DNA of 64,000 bases from a virus (IMGVR_UViG_3300049001_000029:5152-69151), one strand, 5' to 3'. Shown: positions 52,999 to 63,385, counted from the first letter of the stretch. Program-made: numbers and translations. The notes: generated by a model not told the origin, from the letters alone.

Positions 52999-53274
52999 TC
53001 ACCACACACGCTCCGTGTCGCATTGAAACTCGCGGTGCAACGCCTCCGCCGCGCGCAACTGCGACGGATGCATGTACGGGGTGGTGCCACCACAGTCCTC
53101 GCACCGGAACCACAAGCCCGGTTTCGGCTGGGTCAACGGGTGGTCGATTTGTAGGTACCGGTGACGCAGCCACAAGATCGTTGAGGCGGTACCGGTGAGT
53201 ACACCGATGCCGGCCCAGAACGCGCGCTTCACCTGCACACCCACAAGGACACGATGATAACCGCTGTAACGCAT
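52999..53274 (-). CDS. Membrane protein with CxxC
   Basis: TM then FRCEDCG...H...C; start uncertain. Confidence 0.45.
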   Translation of the reverse strand: MRYSGYHRVLVGVQVKRAFWAGIGVLTGTASTILWLRHRYLQIDHPLTQPKPGLWFRCEDCGGTTPYMHPSQLRAAEALHREFQCDTERVW

Positions 53275-53364
53275 AGGGCGGGGACTATCCCCGTGACTGC
53301 CTCTGGCCGACTCATGATTTCCTCTCTTCAGCTAATTGCAGTACAGCTGAGGTCAATAGAAACA

Positions 53365-53703
53365 TCACGCCGCTCTCCCTGCCCGGTTCGCCCGTTGGCG
53401 CTTACGGATACACGCCCGGCACACCGGCCGTTTGGTATCAGGCCGGACATACGCGTTGTCAGGTGTCATCGGATGCTGCCCTTGCGGGCACAGCCTGTCT
53501 GTGGGTGGCCGGAGCATGTCGTGCGCGATGTAGGCGTGGGTGTTGTCGGCCAGCCCGAGCATGCCGAGCACCATCGCGGCGTCCAGGCCCGACAGCTGTC
53601 CCGTCGCGTATCGGCGTAGGACAGCGCGGGTAGCTCTCGCGGCTTCGTCGGGGTCGAGGTCCGTGTGGAGCATGTCCACCTCTGGCATGTCCATGATCGT
53701 CAA
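53365..53703 (-). CDS. Protein with CPQG.H...CRAC zinc-binding motif
   Basis: C-terminal motif like those appended to phage HNH proteins. Confidence 0.55.
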   Translation of the reverse strand: MTIMDMPEVDMLHTDLDPDEAARATRAVLRRYATGQLSGLDAAMVLGMLGLADNTHAYIAHDMLRPPTDRLCPQGQHPMTPDNAYVRPDTKRPVCRACIRKRQRANRAGRAA

Positions 53704-53729
53704 AGCTCCTCTGATTGTTGATGTTGGTT

Positions 53730-53965
53730 GCTGAAACCCCAGAACCAGAACCCGCTCCAGGCCCTAAAGGGCCTGGAAAGCGGGGTTCTAGGGTTCCATG
53801 ATCGGGTTCCAGTCGGGTTCTGTCGGGTTCTTGCCGGTCAGAGCGTGGTTCTCGCAGGGTTTCGCCGGGTTCCGGCTTTGGGTTCTCGATCTTCTAATGA
53901 TCTTGCTCGTGGGTTCCAGCAGGTCAGAGCGTTATGCTCGTGGGTTCCAGCAGGTCAGAGCTTGA
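53730..53965. repeat. Iteron-like cluster, putative replication origin
   Basis: Many GGGTTC/GAACCC hexamers, inverted repeat 53748-53788, 27-bp direct repeat TGCTCGTGGGTTCCAGCAGGTCAGAGC at 53904 and 53935; right after prim-pol gene. Confidence 0.65.
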
Positions 53966-53987
53966 TCGACGATCTTGTATTTGATCT

Positions 53988-56111
53988 TCAGCATGGCTGG
54001 TCTTCGAGCAAGATTCGAGCCCCGTCCTGGTAGGCGCACCCGGCCTTTTTGAGTACCGCGATCCCCCGCCTCACTTGCTCCTCGGAGAACTTCTCGCCGG
54101 GCGGGGATGCCTGCAGCATCCGTTTGATCTCGGCACCGCTCAGGCCCGTCTCTTGATCTCCGATCGCAGTGAGCAGCCGCCAGGTCCAGCGAGCACCCTC
54201 CCGGCCGGCGCCCTTGCGATCGGACGCCGCCTTGTCGATGGCCTCGCCAACCGTCGCTGGAATCTCTGGGCAGTTCTCCACGAGCCACCAGTCGCCAAGC
54301 ATGGCCAGCGCATCCGCTCCTTCCACCATTCCGATCTTGACTACAGGAAAGGTCTGGCCTTCGACTGGAAAAAGCCGGATGCCCCACCGGCCAGTGGTAT
54401 CGGTGTCCTTGAGCTTCGTTACAAACAGCTCGCGTTGGGCGCTAGGAATTGCTTCTTCTCCAGGGTAGGTCGCGCTCAGTACGTAATCCGCGTCGTCCCG
54501 CTTGGCGGAGGAACCTCGTGGGTTGCCGTTCTTCTGGCCGCCGGTGTGGTCAATGAACAGGCTTGAACAGTCGTGTTCGTCGCGCAGACCCGCTGCCGTC
54601 TCGAAGATCAACCCGAACTCGGTAGCGCTGTTTTCCTCAGTTCCAGGGGCGGACCGGTGATAGGTATCGATTACTAAGAATCCAATACCGTGTTCAACGA
54701 CGTACGCGACTAGTTCCTCAACCTGGGCCGGGTCATTGAGGTGGATCGGGCGCGGGTAGAGCAGCAGTTTGCCGCGTCGAGAGGTACCGGTGTCAGCCTC
54801 CCAGGCCCTGACTCGCCCAGCGGCTCCAGCGGCGCCCTCAGCGGCCACATAGAGCACTTTGCGTGGCGCGGACACCGCGAACATGGGTCGACCCAGCCAC
54901 GGACGTCCAGTGGCGATACAGCAAGCCCATGCGGCGGCCAGGAAACTCTTATAGGCCCCACTGCGCCCTGCCAGGAAACCTACAGCCTGTTCGGGGATCA
55001 ACGACCCGAGCAGCATCGCCGGCTCCGGAATCGAGTCGAGATCATCCATCACACCACCGGCGATGGATGGACGGGTCGCCCGACGCTCTCGGGACAACCG
55101 TCGCCGGGCTTCTTCAGTGACGCGAAGGTCGCGCAACTTGCGCTCGACCTCGGTCTCGAACGCGTCCGACTCATCCTCGCGGGAGTTTTCGGACGCGGAC
55201 GAGAAAGGAACCGCAGAGTCCACCTTCATGTACGGCTGACTCATACCTTTACGCAGCCCTGAGCGGATCGTTGGACCGATCTCGCGGGGGTCCAGGCCGA
55301 GGCGATCGGCCTCCTCCGCGAGTGCCTCGGTGGCAGACTTCTCAGACCAGAACTCCGGCACGAAGTGACCTACGACGACGGCCGCCGTGTTTAGTGCGTT
55401 GTTTCGACCCCCATCAGTTGCCTTGCGTAATTTATCTAGGGCGTGCTTTTGTACCCAACCCTCGGCCTGTTCGACGGTGTAGCGCCGATCTGGGTTCGGC
55501 TCACCACTGGCGGTGAGCGTGGCTGCGGAGATAGCCGCGTCGTTAGCTTCGAGTACTTCAAGTAGCCAGTCCGGCAGTGGCGCGGCCTCGGCGTCAGGAG
55601 ACTCAGCGGTATAGATCAGCCCGGATGCGTGTACTGAGCTCGCCGCCACCACGTAGCCCCCGGCGTCCTGTTGGCCACCACGGTTGCCGCGCACATCGAA
55701 ACCGAACTCGTCCTTGAGGTAAGACCCTTGACCAGCGTTACCGATCTCAACTCCGGGCGTGGCGCGGAAGTACCAGTGCCAGCCCTTCGCTGTGCGTACC
55801 CGGTAGGTTTTGGGGACTTCCTGGCCGTAGGCGTCGCAGAGGCGCTCCATTGCGTCCCCAGTGCCCGTGTCATCGTCTAGGAACACCAGCCCGGACCCAC
55901 GCGCCGCTATGCCCACATTTACCGGGTCACGGCCAAACCAGAGCCGCAGCGTGGCGTCGGTGGGCGCTGAGGCTGTCGCGGTACCCCACTTAATCCCCAC
56001 CGCCGGGCGCTTGCCGGTGTACTCGACGGGGAACGGACGCCAGCCACGCGCCGCAAAAGTTCGTGCAGCGTCCAGGCTGGACGATTCAGGTTCAGGCATG
56101 GCCACGCTCAT
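53988..56111 (-). CDS. Bifunctional primase/polymerase fused to AAA_25 (RepA-like) helicase
   Basis: GWRPFPV..GKRP, NVGI..GLVFLDDD, GWHWYF, DVRG, GGYVVA..S.H; GRSGAYKS, VAAEG, LVIDT, DH.G, RGSS. Confidence 0.88.
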   Translation of the reverse strand: MSVAMPEPESSSLDAARTFAARGWRPFPVEYTGKRPAVGIKWGTATASAPTDATLRLWFGRDPVNVGIAARGSGLVFLDDDTGTGDAMERLCDAYGQEVPKTYRVRTAKGWHWYFRATPGVEIGNAGQGSYLKDEFGFDVRGNRGGQQDAGGYVVAASSVHASGLIYTAESPDAEAAPLPDWLLEVLEANDAAISAATLTASGEPNPDRRYTVEQAEGWVQKHALDKLRKATDGGRNNALNTAAVVVGHFVPEFWSEKSATEALAEEADRLGLDPREIGPTIRSGLRKGMSQPYMKVDSAVPFSSASENSREDESDAFETEVERKLRDLRVTEEARRRLSRERRATRPSIAGGVMDDLDSIPEPAMLLGSLIPEQAVGFLAGRSGAYKSFLAAAWACCIATGRPWLGRPMFAVSAPRKVLYVAAEGAAGAAGRVRAWEADTGTSRRGKLLLYPRPIHLNDPAQVEELVAYVVEHGIGFLVIDTYHRSAPGTEENSATEFGLIFETAAGLRDEHDCSSLFIDHTGGQKNGNPRGSSAKRDDADYVLSATYPGEEAIPSAQRELFVTKLKDTDTTGRWGIRLFPVEGQTFPVVKIGMVEGADALAMLGDWWLVENCPEIPATVGEAIDKAASDRKGAGREGARWTWRLLTAIGDQETGLSGAEIKRMLQASPPGEKFSEEQVRRGIAVLKKAGCAYQDGARILLEDQPC

Positions 56112-56416
56112 TTCGTCTCGCTGGGGAGCGAAGTGGTGCGGCGCTCGATGAGTCGGGTGCCCAGTTGCTCGCGGGTCAGTTCCACGGCGTCGCGTTCGGA
56201 GACCGGTACGAGCACAGGAATCACGTCGTCGGGGTCGACCATCACCGTGAACGGTGTGAAGCTGCGGATGGCGTCAACGCGGAACTCGGCGCCATGCGCC
56301 CCGATGCCCGTCACATGCCAGAGCTCACCGTTGCGGTCCACGAACACGTCTGAGGGCATGACGTGCCGCCATCGCAATGGGACCGGCACCCAGGCGTCGG
56401 GAGGCAGCATGGTCAT
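56108..56416 (-). CDS. Hypothetical protein
   Basis: ATGA-coupled in replication operon. Confidence 0.55.
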   Translation of the reverse strand: MTMLPPDAWVPVPLRWRHVMPSDVFVDRNGELWHVTGIGAHGAEFRVDAIRSFTPFTVMVDPDDVIPVLVPVSERDAVELTREQLGTRLIERRTTSLPSETK

Positions 56417-56808
56417 GCCGCGCTTCTACGCGGCGCCTCAAGCGCCACCAGGGCACTGCGCACGTCCGGCGCGGTGACGTAGGCGGTCAACTGTCGAGCG
56501 GTGATCTGTTGGGGGGCGAGATCATCGCTGTGCCGAGCTCGCCACGCCAGGTCGAGTGTCCAGCCCTTGCGCGTGGCCCGACGCATCCACAGCGCCACCA
56601 GCGCGCGGCCATCCACGTGCCGCGCACGGACCAACACCGAGTCCACCGCTTCGATGACGCTGACCCGGTGACGCCTGCCCTCGCCGTTGGTGTCCTCAGA
56701 CAGTGCGTTGAACTGGCAGTGTCCAGTGGCGTGCCGAACCTGCGTGGACCAGCCCTCAAGTTGACGCAGCAGTGATCTGGTGCCTGCTGGGATGTCCGGG
56801 TCGGTCAT
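56413..56808 (-). CDS. Hypothetical protein
   Basis: AAGGAG RBS; ATGA-coupled. Confidence 0.55.
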   Translation of the reverse strand: MTDPDIPAGTRSLLRQLEGWSTQVRHATGHCQFNALSEDTNGEGRRHRVSVIEAVDSVLVRARHVDGRALVALWMRRATRKGWTLDLAWRARHSDDLAPQQITARQLTAYVTAPDVRSALVALEAPRRSAA

Positions 56809-57299
56809 CCGGTCTCCTTGAGTCGGGCGGCGCGCATCCGCGCCGCCGGTGGGTTGTCCAGGTAGTCGGCCAGCGCGCGCAGCTGCGTGGCGCTGTAGCG
56901 GCCGAGGACGTCCTTGTTGCAAGCCCGGCAGCACATACCCCGCACACAGGCGCCGCACGACGTTGGGCCGGGGCAGCAGGCGTGGTCGTGGTCGGTGTCT
57001 GGCCGTCGGGTGGGTTTGCGTCCGCATGGACATCGCTCGCCCTGGAAGGCCCATAGCTCGGCCTGTTCTTTGGCGGACAGGCGATAGACTCGGGTTACCC
57101 GGACGACGGCCGCGTGCAGCCTCTGAGCGTTACGGTGCGCGCGCTGGTGCGTCGTGCAACGCCGCGAGCGTGGACCGCCGTGCGGGGCCGGACGCGGCCT
57201 GGCCGGGCGAAATTCGGGGCCGTAGAGCACCTCTTCGCCGAGCGATAGCTCGACCGGACGCTCCGGCAGCGCCAGGCAATCCACGCAGATGTGCGTCAT
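56805..57299 (-). CDS. Endonuclease VII (Holliday junction resolvase family)
   Basis: YRLS...QGERCPC...DHDHACC...SCGACVRGMCCRACN..LG. Confidence 0.85.
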   Translation of the reverse strand: MTHICVDCLALPERPVELSLGEEVLYGPEFRPARPRPAPHGGPRSRRCTTHQRAHRNAQRLHAAVVRVTRVYRLSAKEQAELWAFQGERCPCGRKPTRRPDTDHDHACCPGPTSCGACVRGMCCRACNKDVLGRYSATQLRALADYLDNPPAARMRAARLKETG

Positions 57300-57676
57300 G
57301 CCGCCCACCTGCGTGGATTGCCGACTCGGGAGTCGCCGCCATGTGCCCGGGGGTCGCCGACTGCCCGAGCGCGCAACCACATGCGCTCGAACGCGGCCCA
57401 GGTCATCCCGAGTCGCTCGGCCAGTTCACGGCGGGTTACACCTTGCCCGCGCAGCTCGACCCACTCGTCCAGAACTTCGTCGCGGGTGTAGGTGGTCCGG
57501 CTGTAGTCGATCAAGGTGCCATCGGCGTCGGCCCGATTCCAGCACGGCGTGCACAGTCCGCGTCCGGCATGGCGGTACACGCCGATTGTTGCCTTAGCCG
57601 CGTGCACCCTGTACGAGGTCAGCATGTGATCGCAGCCGTCTGCCACGCAGATCCAACGCGCTCCGTTGCGGTTCAT
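57296..57676 (-). CDS. Zinc-finger + HTH protein
   Basis: GRGLCTPCW; ELAERLGMT...FER. Confidence 0.6.
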   Translation of the reverse strand: MNRNGARWICVADGCDHMLTSYRVHAAKATIGVYRHAGRGLCTPCWNRADADGTLIDYSRTTYTRDEVLDEWVELRGQGVTRRELAERLGMTWAAFERMWLRARAVGDPRAHGGDSRVGNPRRWAA

Positions 57677-59343
57677 CGGTCCACTACCCGAGAGGCCAGG
57701 GCGATCGAGATTTCGTCAGAGAGCCTGCTCTTGTTCATGGCCGCCGGGTCGGCGATGCCGCAGCGGCGCGCCATGGTGACTTGTGCCTCCGAAGGCGCGC
57801 CACCGCGCTTGCGCCAACTGGCCGAGCGCGACGACACGGTCGGGTCGTAGGCCAGCGCCCAGGACTCGGCCAGTTCACGCGCCGGGCCGAGCGCCATGGG
57901 CGAGCTGAGCCACTGTCCGTCGCGCCCGACGTAGAGGCCCTCGCTGTAGCCGCGCACCGTGCAATGTCCGGCCAGGTACTGCTCGCCCTCAGGCCAGAGC
58001 AGCGCCATCCGGTCGCCGGCCGGCAGGAACCGTATGCCACCGTGGGTGAACAGCCAGTTCAGCGCCGAGGTGGCGAACATATCGATGTCCGCATATTGAG
58101 CGGGACCAATCAGCTTGATTCGGCCGCCGTCGGGGTCGCGCTCGATTCCGGTGTTCTCGGTCTCGCATATGCACTGGAACGGCGAAGAGTCGGTGAGCGG
58201 TTGCCCACGCGGGCAACCGCCGCATTCCGGGCACGGCAGCGCGTCCAGCTCATCGGTGTTGTACTCGGCGGTCGGGTGTAGGTCCACCAGTGTGACGAGC
58301 TTTTGGTGACGGCTGACGCCCACCACGTCGAGCACCAGGCAGTTGGTCTTACCCGGCGACGGGCGCAGCCCCCGGCCGATTGCCTGGATGTAAACACCAG
58401 GTGAGCGAGTGGGTCGGGCCATCAGCACGCAGGAGACGGGGGGCGAATCCCAGCCTTCGACTAGTACGAACACATTCACCAGGACGCGGGTCGTGCCGGC
58501 CGCGAGCCGGGCGTACATCGCCTCGCGTTCCTTGGTCGGCGTGGTCCCGGTGACCACCTCGGCCGGGACACCTTGAGCAAGGAAGGCATCGCCCAGTTCT
58601 TGTGCGCTGGCAACCGTTGGCGCGAACGCGATGGTGATCCGCTCAGAGGCGTGTGCGATCCACGCCTTGACGATCTCCGGAGCGTCCTGCGCAACCATCT
58701 CGCCCAGGTCGCCGTCCTGGTAGTCACCCCGACTGAGCTTGGCGTTTTCCAGATCCATGTGCTCGGTGACGACGACCCGACCTCGGGGTTTGACCAGTAG
58801 GCCCTCGTCGATCCCGAACCGGATGTCACGGGTCAGCGCGACTGTCTGCCAACAGTCCCCAAGCCCTTTTTTGTCGCCCCGCACCATCGTGGCCGTCACG
58901 CCCAGTGTGCGGGTGCCGTCGAAGCTGCCGGCCCAGGCAAGGATTTTCAGGTGGCTGGGCGAAACCGCCCTATGGCACTCATCGACCACGACCAGAGACG
59001 GGCGTGGCATTCGGCCCTGGCGCTTCTCGCTACGTAGCGTCGCCACCGACGCCACGGTGATCGGTCGGCGCGTCTGGTTCTGGGAGCTTTGGACCCGGCC
59101 TACGGGTATCTCCGGGTCGAACTGGCGGCAGGTGTCGGTGAGCTGTGTCAGGAGCTCTTCACGGTGCGCGAGCAGCAATGCTCGGCCACCCGCGTGCACT
59201 TCGTCGACCGCGAGCTTCCCGACCACCGAGGACTTTCCGAGCCCGGTGGCCGCCACGACAGCGGTCCGGGTCACGCCGGAGTCCCACTCCGCGCGCACCG
59301 CGTCAACAGCCTCGCGCTGCCAAGGGCGGAGTGTGCGGATCAT
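57673..59343 (-). CDS. Superfamily 2 DEAD/DEAH helicase
   Basis: LRPWQ, ATGLGKS, VVDECH, TAT, LVEGWD, QAIGRGLR. Confidence 0.92.
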   Translation of the reverse strand: MIRTLRPWQREAVDAVRAEWDSGVTRTAVVAATGLGKSSVVGKLAVDEVHAGGRALLLAHREELLTQLTDTCRQFDPEIPVGRVQSSQNQTRRPITVASVATLRSEKRQGRMPRPSLVVVDECHRAVSPSHLKILAWAGSFDGTRTLGVTATMVRGDKKGLGDCWQTVALTRDIRFGIDEGLLVKPRGRVVVTEHMDLENAKLSRGDYQDGDLGEMVAQDAPEIVKAWIAHASERITIAFAPTVASAQELGDAFLAQGVPAEVVTGTTPTKEREAMYARLAAGTTRVLVNVFVLVEGWDSPPVSCVLMARPTRSPGVYIQAIGRGLRPSPGKTNCLVLDVVGVSRHQKLVTLVDLHPTAEYNTDELDALPCPECGGCPRGQPLTDSSPFQCICETENTGIERDPDGGRIKLIGPAQYADIDMFATSALNWLFTHGGIRFLPAGDRMALLWPEGEQYLAGHCTVRGYSEGLYVGRDGQWLSSPMALGPARELAESWALAYDPTVSSRSASWRKRGGAPSEAQVTMARRCGIADPAAMNKSRLSDEISIALASRVVDR

Positions 59344-59570
59344 GACGACCTCGCATGCGCATAGAAATAACCGGACCAGAAATGTGCGAATGCTTTCTGT
59401 TCGGCATCAAGCTGGGTCAGTCCGTGAATTACAGTCTGGGCGCGGGCCGAGGCTTTAATGTTGGAGGGGTCGAACCGGAGCAATTCCTCCTCCGTGTGAC
59501 GGTGAAAGATCCTAACAACACCGCCGTCCTGTTGAACGAGCCAGTCACCGTCAGGGGGGAGCTGGGCCAT
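59340..59570 (-). CDS. Hypothetical protein
   Basis: MAQLPPDGDW...FAHFWSGYFY. Confidence 0.55.
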   Translation of the reverse strand: MAQLPPDGDWLVQQDGGVVRIFHRHTEEELLRFDPSNIKASARAQTVIHGLTQLDAEQKAFAHFWSGYFYAHARSS

Positions 59571-60844
59571 CACGATCTCACCGCCGCACTGAACTCTTTG
59601 ATCCGAGCCTTCGCCATTCTTGTCGTGTCCTCGTTCCATAGGCCCCGATTCGCCTCCCAGAGTGCGGTGAGTGCGACCTCGTTCGGTGCACGGCGAATGT
59701 CGCCCATCAGGCCAGCGAGCCGGACTCGATCCGGCGCAAGTAGAGGTCTTGTCAGTTCGGCCAGCCGCGTTTTCGTGGCCTCCGTGTGCTGTTTTGTCCA
59801 AAGTGCCCGGTAATCCACCCAGAGGGCCTCAAGTTCGGCTTCGTGTGCGGCACGTGCTATCAGCACTAGGAGTTCACCAGCGCCTTCGTCATCCGGCGGA
59901 TCACTTACAGATATCGGTGGCACCACCGGATATGCTTCGCTCATCAGACCCTTGTTCTTGCGGGCCTGCCTGATCTCCAAACACAGGTCCGCCATGATTG
60001 CGCCGGCTTCCAGGTCAACCACAACCAGGCCGGCGTCCTGCGGCGAATCCGAGGGCACGTGCAGAATCAGTGCCCAGTCGGTCGAAGGCCGTAGCCCTTC
60101 GCCGAGCAGCTCTTCCCAGGACTTGCGCCCGATGCCGAGGTCGTATGGCTCACCGCAGGCGTAGACGGTCTGCTGCACGCCATAGGTCGCGCCCCAGTAC
60201 TTGCCCGAGCTGATCTTGCCCGTCTTCAGGTCCAGCACGAGCACAGTGCCGGCCGGCAGCACGATCCGACCCTTCGTTGCGTGGTGAAACTCCAGGTCGA
60301 CCAATAGTTCAACCACCCGGTCGAAGCTGCCGGCGGTGCACAGCGGGTCGCATACCACGAACGTTTCTGAGGCCAACACTTTGAACGGACGCATCTGTTC
60401 GGCGTAGGCGTCCATCGCCGCTAGCAGGTCAGGAGTCAGATAGGACAGGTCGTCGTCGACATCGCGGCGTTCGGAGAGCCTGTGCAGCGCGGTACCGATG
60501 TTCGCGCCCTTGTCCCCTTTAGCTGCTTCGTGAGCCTTCTCGCACAGTTCATCGAGAGGGCCTCGGTCCTCGTCCTCGTTGGTACGAATCGAGGAGACCA
60601 AGGCAACCAGGTCTGGACGTCGAGACAGGCCAAATGCGACGCTGCGCTGTTGCCACTTCGACAAGTGATAGGTGTCTTCGATCGCCTTACCTAGGGTGCT
60701 GGCCCGAGTGTAGGCGGTCGGCTTTCCGCCGTCTGGCGGGGTGATTAGGGGGCGGTCCCAGCGGTCACGCGGGATCGAGTCCGGGACCTCCGGGAATTCG
60801 TCGAGTTCGACTTTTGTGCGGGTGATGCCCTTGGTCAGTGCCAT
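59570..60844 (-). CDS. PD-(D/E)xK exonuclease (Cas4/RecE-like)
   Basis: RDRWDRP, YTRASTL, GTALH, AGSFDR, DLKTG, QQTVYA. Confidence 0.85.
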   Translation of the reverse strand: MALTKGITRTKVELDEFPEVPDSIPRDRWDRPLITPPDGGKPTAYTRASTLGKAIEDTYHLSKWQQRSVAFGLSRRPDLVALVSSIRTNEDEDRGPLDELCEKAHEAAKGDKGANIGTALHRLSERRDVDDDLSYLTPDLLAAMDAYAEQMRPFKVLASETFVVCDPLCTAGSFDRVVELLVDLEFHHATKGRIVLPAGTVLVLDLKTGKISSGKYWGATYGVQQTVYACGEPYDLGIGRKSWEELLGEGLRPSTDWALILHVPSDSPQDAGLVVVDLEAGAIMADLCLEIRQARKNKGLMSEAYPVVPPISVSDPPDDEGAGELLVLIARAAHEAELEALWVDYRALWTKQHTEATKTRLAELTRPLLAPDRVRLAGLMGDIRRAPNEVALTALWEANRGLWNEDTTRMAKARIKEFSAAVRS

Positions 60845-60913
60845 CGCGGTAACCTTCGTGGGTTGGAAGTGATGACACGGCGGTCCGGTACTGGACCGCC
60901 GTGTCAATTTCGG

Positions 60914-61411
60914 TCACCAGGGACGAGAACCGCCAGTACCCGCCTGCGCCGGTACTGGACCGCCGTTAACTGGCGCCACGTTCCACACCGAGCCGTTGCC
61001 GTAGAACTCCTCTACGGACTGCATCTCCACGTCGCTGGGCGTGTTGCCCACCGCCGCCGCGTTGTTCTTGCCCGGGTTGATCACTTCGACGCGGGCCACG
61101 ATCTCGTCACCCACCAAGTTCTCCGGCTCCTGCGGCTTCTCGCCCTTCTCTTTGTGCGGGTTCTTCACTCCACGCAAGATCGCCGTGATCGCGCCGATGA
61201 ACCGCTCGTTGAGGTGCACCTCACCCTTGCGGGGACCGGAGCAGAACACGACATCGGCCGTAACCGGCAGTGTGTAACCGTCGAAGCCGGTCGCCTTCTC
61301 GACCTCGTGGAACTCCACGACTCGGAACACCGCCAGGAATGGTCCGTCAGTCGCGGCCTCCTTCAGATCCAGGAAGCTCCCGCCGAGCCGTACCGCCTTC
61401 TTGAGTGACAT
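60914..61411 (-). CDS. Hypothetical protein (possible ssDNA-binding/recombination partner)
   Basis: Directly upstream of exonuclease; flexible C-terminus ending PW. Confidence 0.45.
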   Translation of the reverse strand: MSLKKAVRLGGSFLDLKEAATDGPFLAVFRVVEFHEVEKATGFDGYTLPVTADVVFCSGPRKGEVHLNERFIGAITAILRGVKNPHKEKGEKPQEPENLVGDEIVARVEVINPGKNNAAAVGNTPSDVEMQSVEEFYGNGSVWNVAPVNGGPVPAQAGTGGSRPW

Positions 61412-61492
61412 TTCTATCTTCCTTCTCTTTTTGCTGGGTCATAGACCCTCTTGAGGCACGCGGACGGGACTGTCCGCGTGGGCTTATGGTCT

Positions 61493-61696
61493 TTATGCCA
61501 CCCGGTCAGATATCGATGCCACGGCGGCAAGGCGCACGAGGGCGTCCCACTCACATGAGGCGGAATCTTCCTCGCCAATCGGCGAGTAGATCATATTACC
61601 GATGACATAGACGTGCTCTCCCGAGCTGAGACGCCACCATGTGGAGCCGTCGATGCCCGTACCGTCAGGCTTCGGTAGATCGTGTTGACACCTCAT
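61493..61696 (-). CDS. Hypothetical protein
   Basis: GAGGAGG RBS. Confidence 0.5.
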   Translation of the reverse strand: MRCQHDLPKPDGTGIDGSTWWRLSSGEHVYVIGNMIYSPIGEEDSASCEWDALVRLAAVASISDRVA

Positions 61697-61929
61697 CGCG
61701 TCGTCGCCTCCTCATCCGACTCGTCTCTCATGTAGCGCAAAAACTCGTCCACATGAGCTTCCGCCAGCCGTGTCAACGCCCGTTCCCGTTTTTCTTTGTT
61801 GACTGTGCTTGCGTGGTGCGCGCGGAAACACCTCTGGCTGCAGTAGGCGCGAGCTTGGAAGCTGCCGGCGTCTTCCTGGGCTTTGCGCACCAGCACGGTT
61901 TGGCAGGAGGGGAGTTTGCACACTCTCAC
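61693..61929 (-). CDS. Small zinc-finger protein
   Basis: CKLPSC...YCSQRC; GGAGG RBS. Confidence 0.5.
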   Translation of the reverse strand: MRVCKLPSCQTVLVRKAQEDAGSFQARAYCSQRCFRAHHASTVNKEKRERALTRLAEAHVDEFLRYMRDESDEEATTR

Positions 61930-61978
61930 GAATCCTCCAACATAACGTGACGAGCCCTGAACTCTTCCAAGGTTTGCA

Positions 61979-62203
61979 TCAGGACACCTCTTCTTCCGCC
62001 GGAGCCCGCTCCAGCGCCAGCTCGCGCCACGAGTCGCACACAACCTGGGTTTTATTCAAAGAAGCCAGTAGTTGGGCGTTGAGGACTTTCAAGAAGTGGA
62101 CTTCGTTCAACCTGGCCTGGTGCGACTCGCGGAGGTACATCAGGTCGAGCCGCAGCAGTCGGATTTCCTGTTCGGGGCCGCTGTGTCTAGTGGGAGTGGC
62201 CAT
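61979..62203 (-). CDS. Hypothetical coiled-coil protein
   Basis: GGAGGGGG RBS before MATPTRH. Confidence 0.45.
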   Translation of the reverse strand: MATPTRHSGPEQEIRLLRLDLMYLRESHQARLNEVHFLKVLNAQLLASLNKTQVVCDSWRELALERAPAEEEVS

Positions 62204-62798
62204 GTCCCCCTCCGTGCCCGCTGTGGCCTCCGTCGCCATGCCCGTTGTCGTGGCCCCCCTGATGGCTGCCATGTCCTGAGCCTGCGTGTCGGCCTTCACC
62301 GTCCGATTGATGGCCATGTCCGCGATCGGTCCTTTCCTCGTTACTGCCTCCTGCGTGTTCCCGTCCGCCGGGTTTCTCCGACGCGCGATGCCGTCCCACA
62401 TACTCCTCCGACCCTTGCGAGCTGTGTGACTTCACCGACGAGTCAGCTGTGTCCCGTGAGGGAGTTCGACTTTCGCCGGACACCTTCATCGCCGGTACAT
62501 CGAGAGAAACATCCTTGACGGTCGGTATCCGGAAAACCGGATCGGCCAACAGTGCCGGCGTGGGAACAGACTGCGGCGGAGTGAGCACGGACGGCGGTGA
62601 CGCAAGCTTTGGCAGGACGTGCTGCGTCACATCCACGGCTACTGGAACAGCCACCGCCAAAGCCCCGCACGCTGCCATCACTACAAGCGGCCCCAAAGTG
62701 CCGCCCCACAACCCCATGTTCCGCCATACCGGATGCGGTGTCGGCGCATAATAGTTCCTCGGCAGAGCATGCCTAGCCCTACTCATCGGCCATACCAC
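62187..62798 (-). CDS. Membrane protein with Gly/His-rich C-terminus
   Basis: TM segment, Pro-rich linker, GHG repeats. Confidence 0.55.
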   Translation of the reverse strand: MVWPMSRARHALPRNYYAPTPHPVWRNMGLWGGTLGPLVVMAACGALAVAVPVAVDVTQHVLPKLASPPSVLTPPQSVPTPALLADPVFRIPTVKDVSLDVPAMKVSGESRTPSRDTADSSVKSHSSQGSEEYVGRHRASEKPGGREHAGGSNEERTDRGHGHQSDGEGRHAGSGHGSHQGGHDNGHGDGGHSGHGGGHGHSH

Positions 62799-62902
62799 TC
62801 ATCCTCCGTGTGAGTGTGGTTCCCGTGACTCCCGCAGACCGGGCAGCCACTAGTAAGGCAGTCCACCTCTACGTCTTTATCGGTGTTCCTACTCATTGCT
62901 GA

Positions 62903-63079
62903 TTACCTCCTCGCAAAGATGAGCACCGCAATCAGAACGGGCGCAATCAGGGATAGCGGAATCCAGACAGGTGCCAGTACCCAAAGCCATGACCAGTTGA
63001 TCACATGGGTCAGTTTCAGTACGGTAAATGCAATAGCGAGCAGGCTGGTAACCGATGCCGTCGCTCGTGTAGTACTCAT
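62903..63079 (-). CDS. Small two-TM phage protein
   Basis: LLAIAFTVLKLTHVINWSWLWVLAPVW motif. Confidence 0.65.
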   Translation of the reverse strand: MSTTRATASVTSLLAIAFTVLKLTHVINWSWLWVLAPVWIPLSLIAPVLIAVLIFARR

Positions 63080-63385
63080 CGCTTTTCTCCTCTTGATCGG
63101 TTCCCGACTTGGCCGCATATCCGCGCGCCCACGAACTCCCCGACCAGCGCCAAGTCATTCCACTCAGGCGCATTTGCCCCGTCGTCGGTTACGTAGTCGT
63201 CGGGTTCGGGCAATTCCACGGTTACCTTGGCCATTACCGTTCACCTGTTCCCGGGTGCGCGGCGTACTTGGCTTGCACCCGGGCCCACTTGTCGGCCAGC
63301 GCGGCGTCTAGGTCAACGCCTTCGGTGTGGGCGATCGCCATGACGGAGAGCACCACATCGGCTAGTTCGGAACGGGACGGGTCGC

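Noticed and set aside
59570-60844. Cas4 as evidence of a CRISPR-Cas system
   Set aside because: Stand-alone PD-(D/E)xK exonuclease in a phage replication operon, no array
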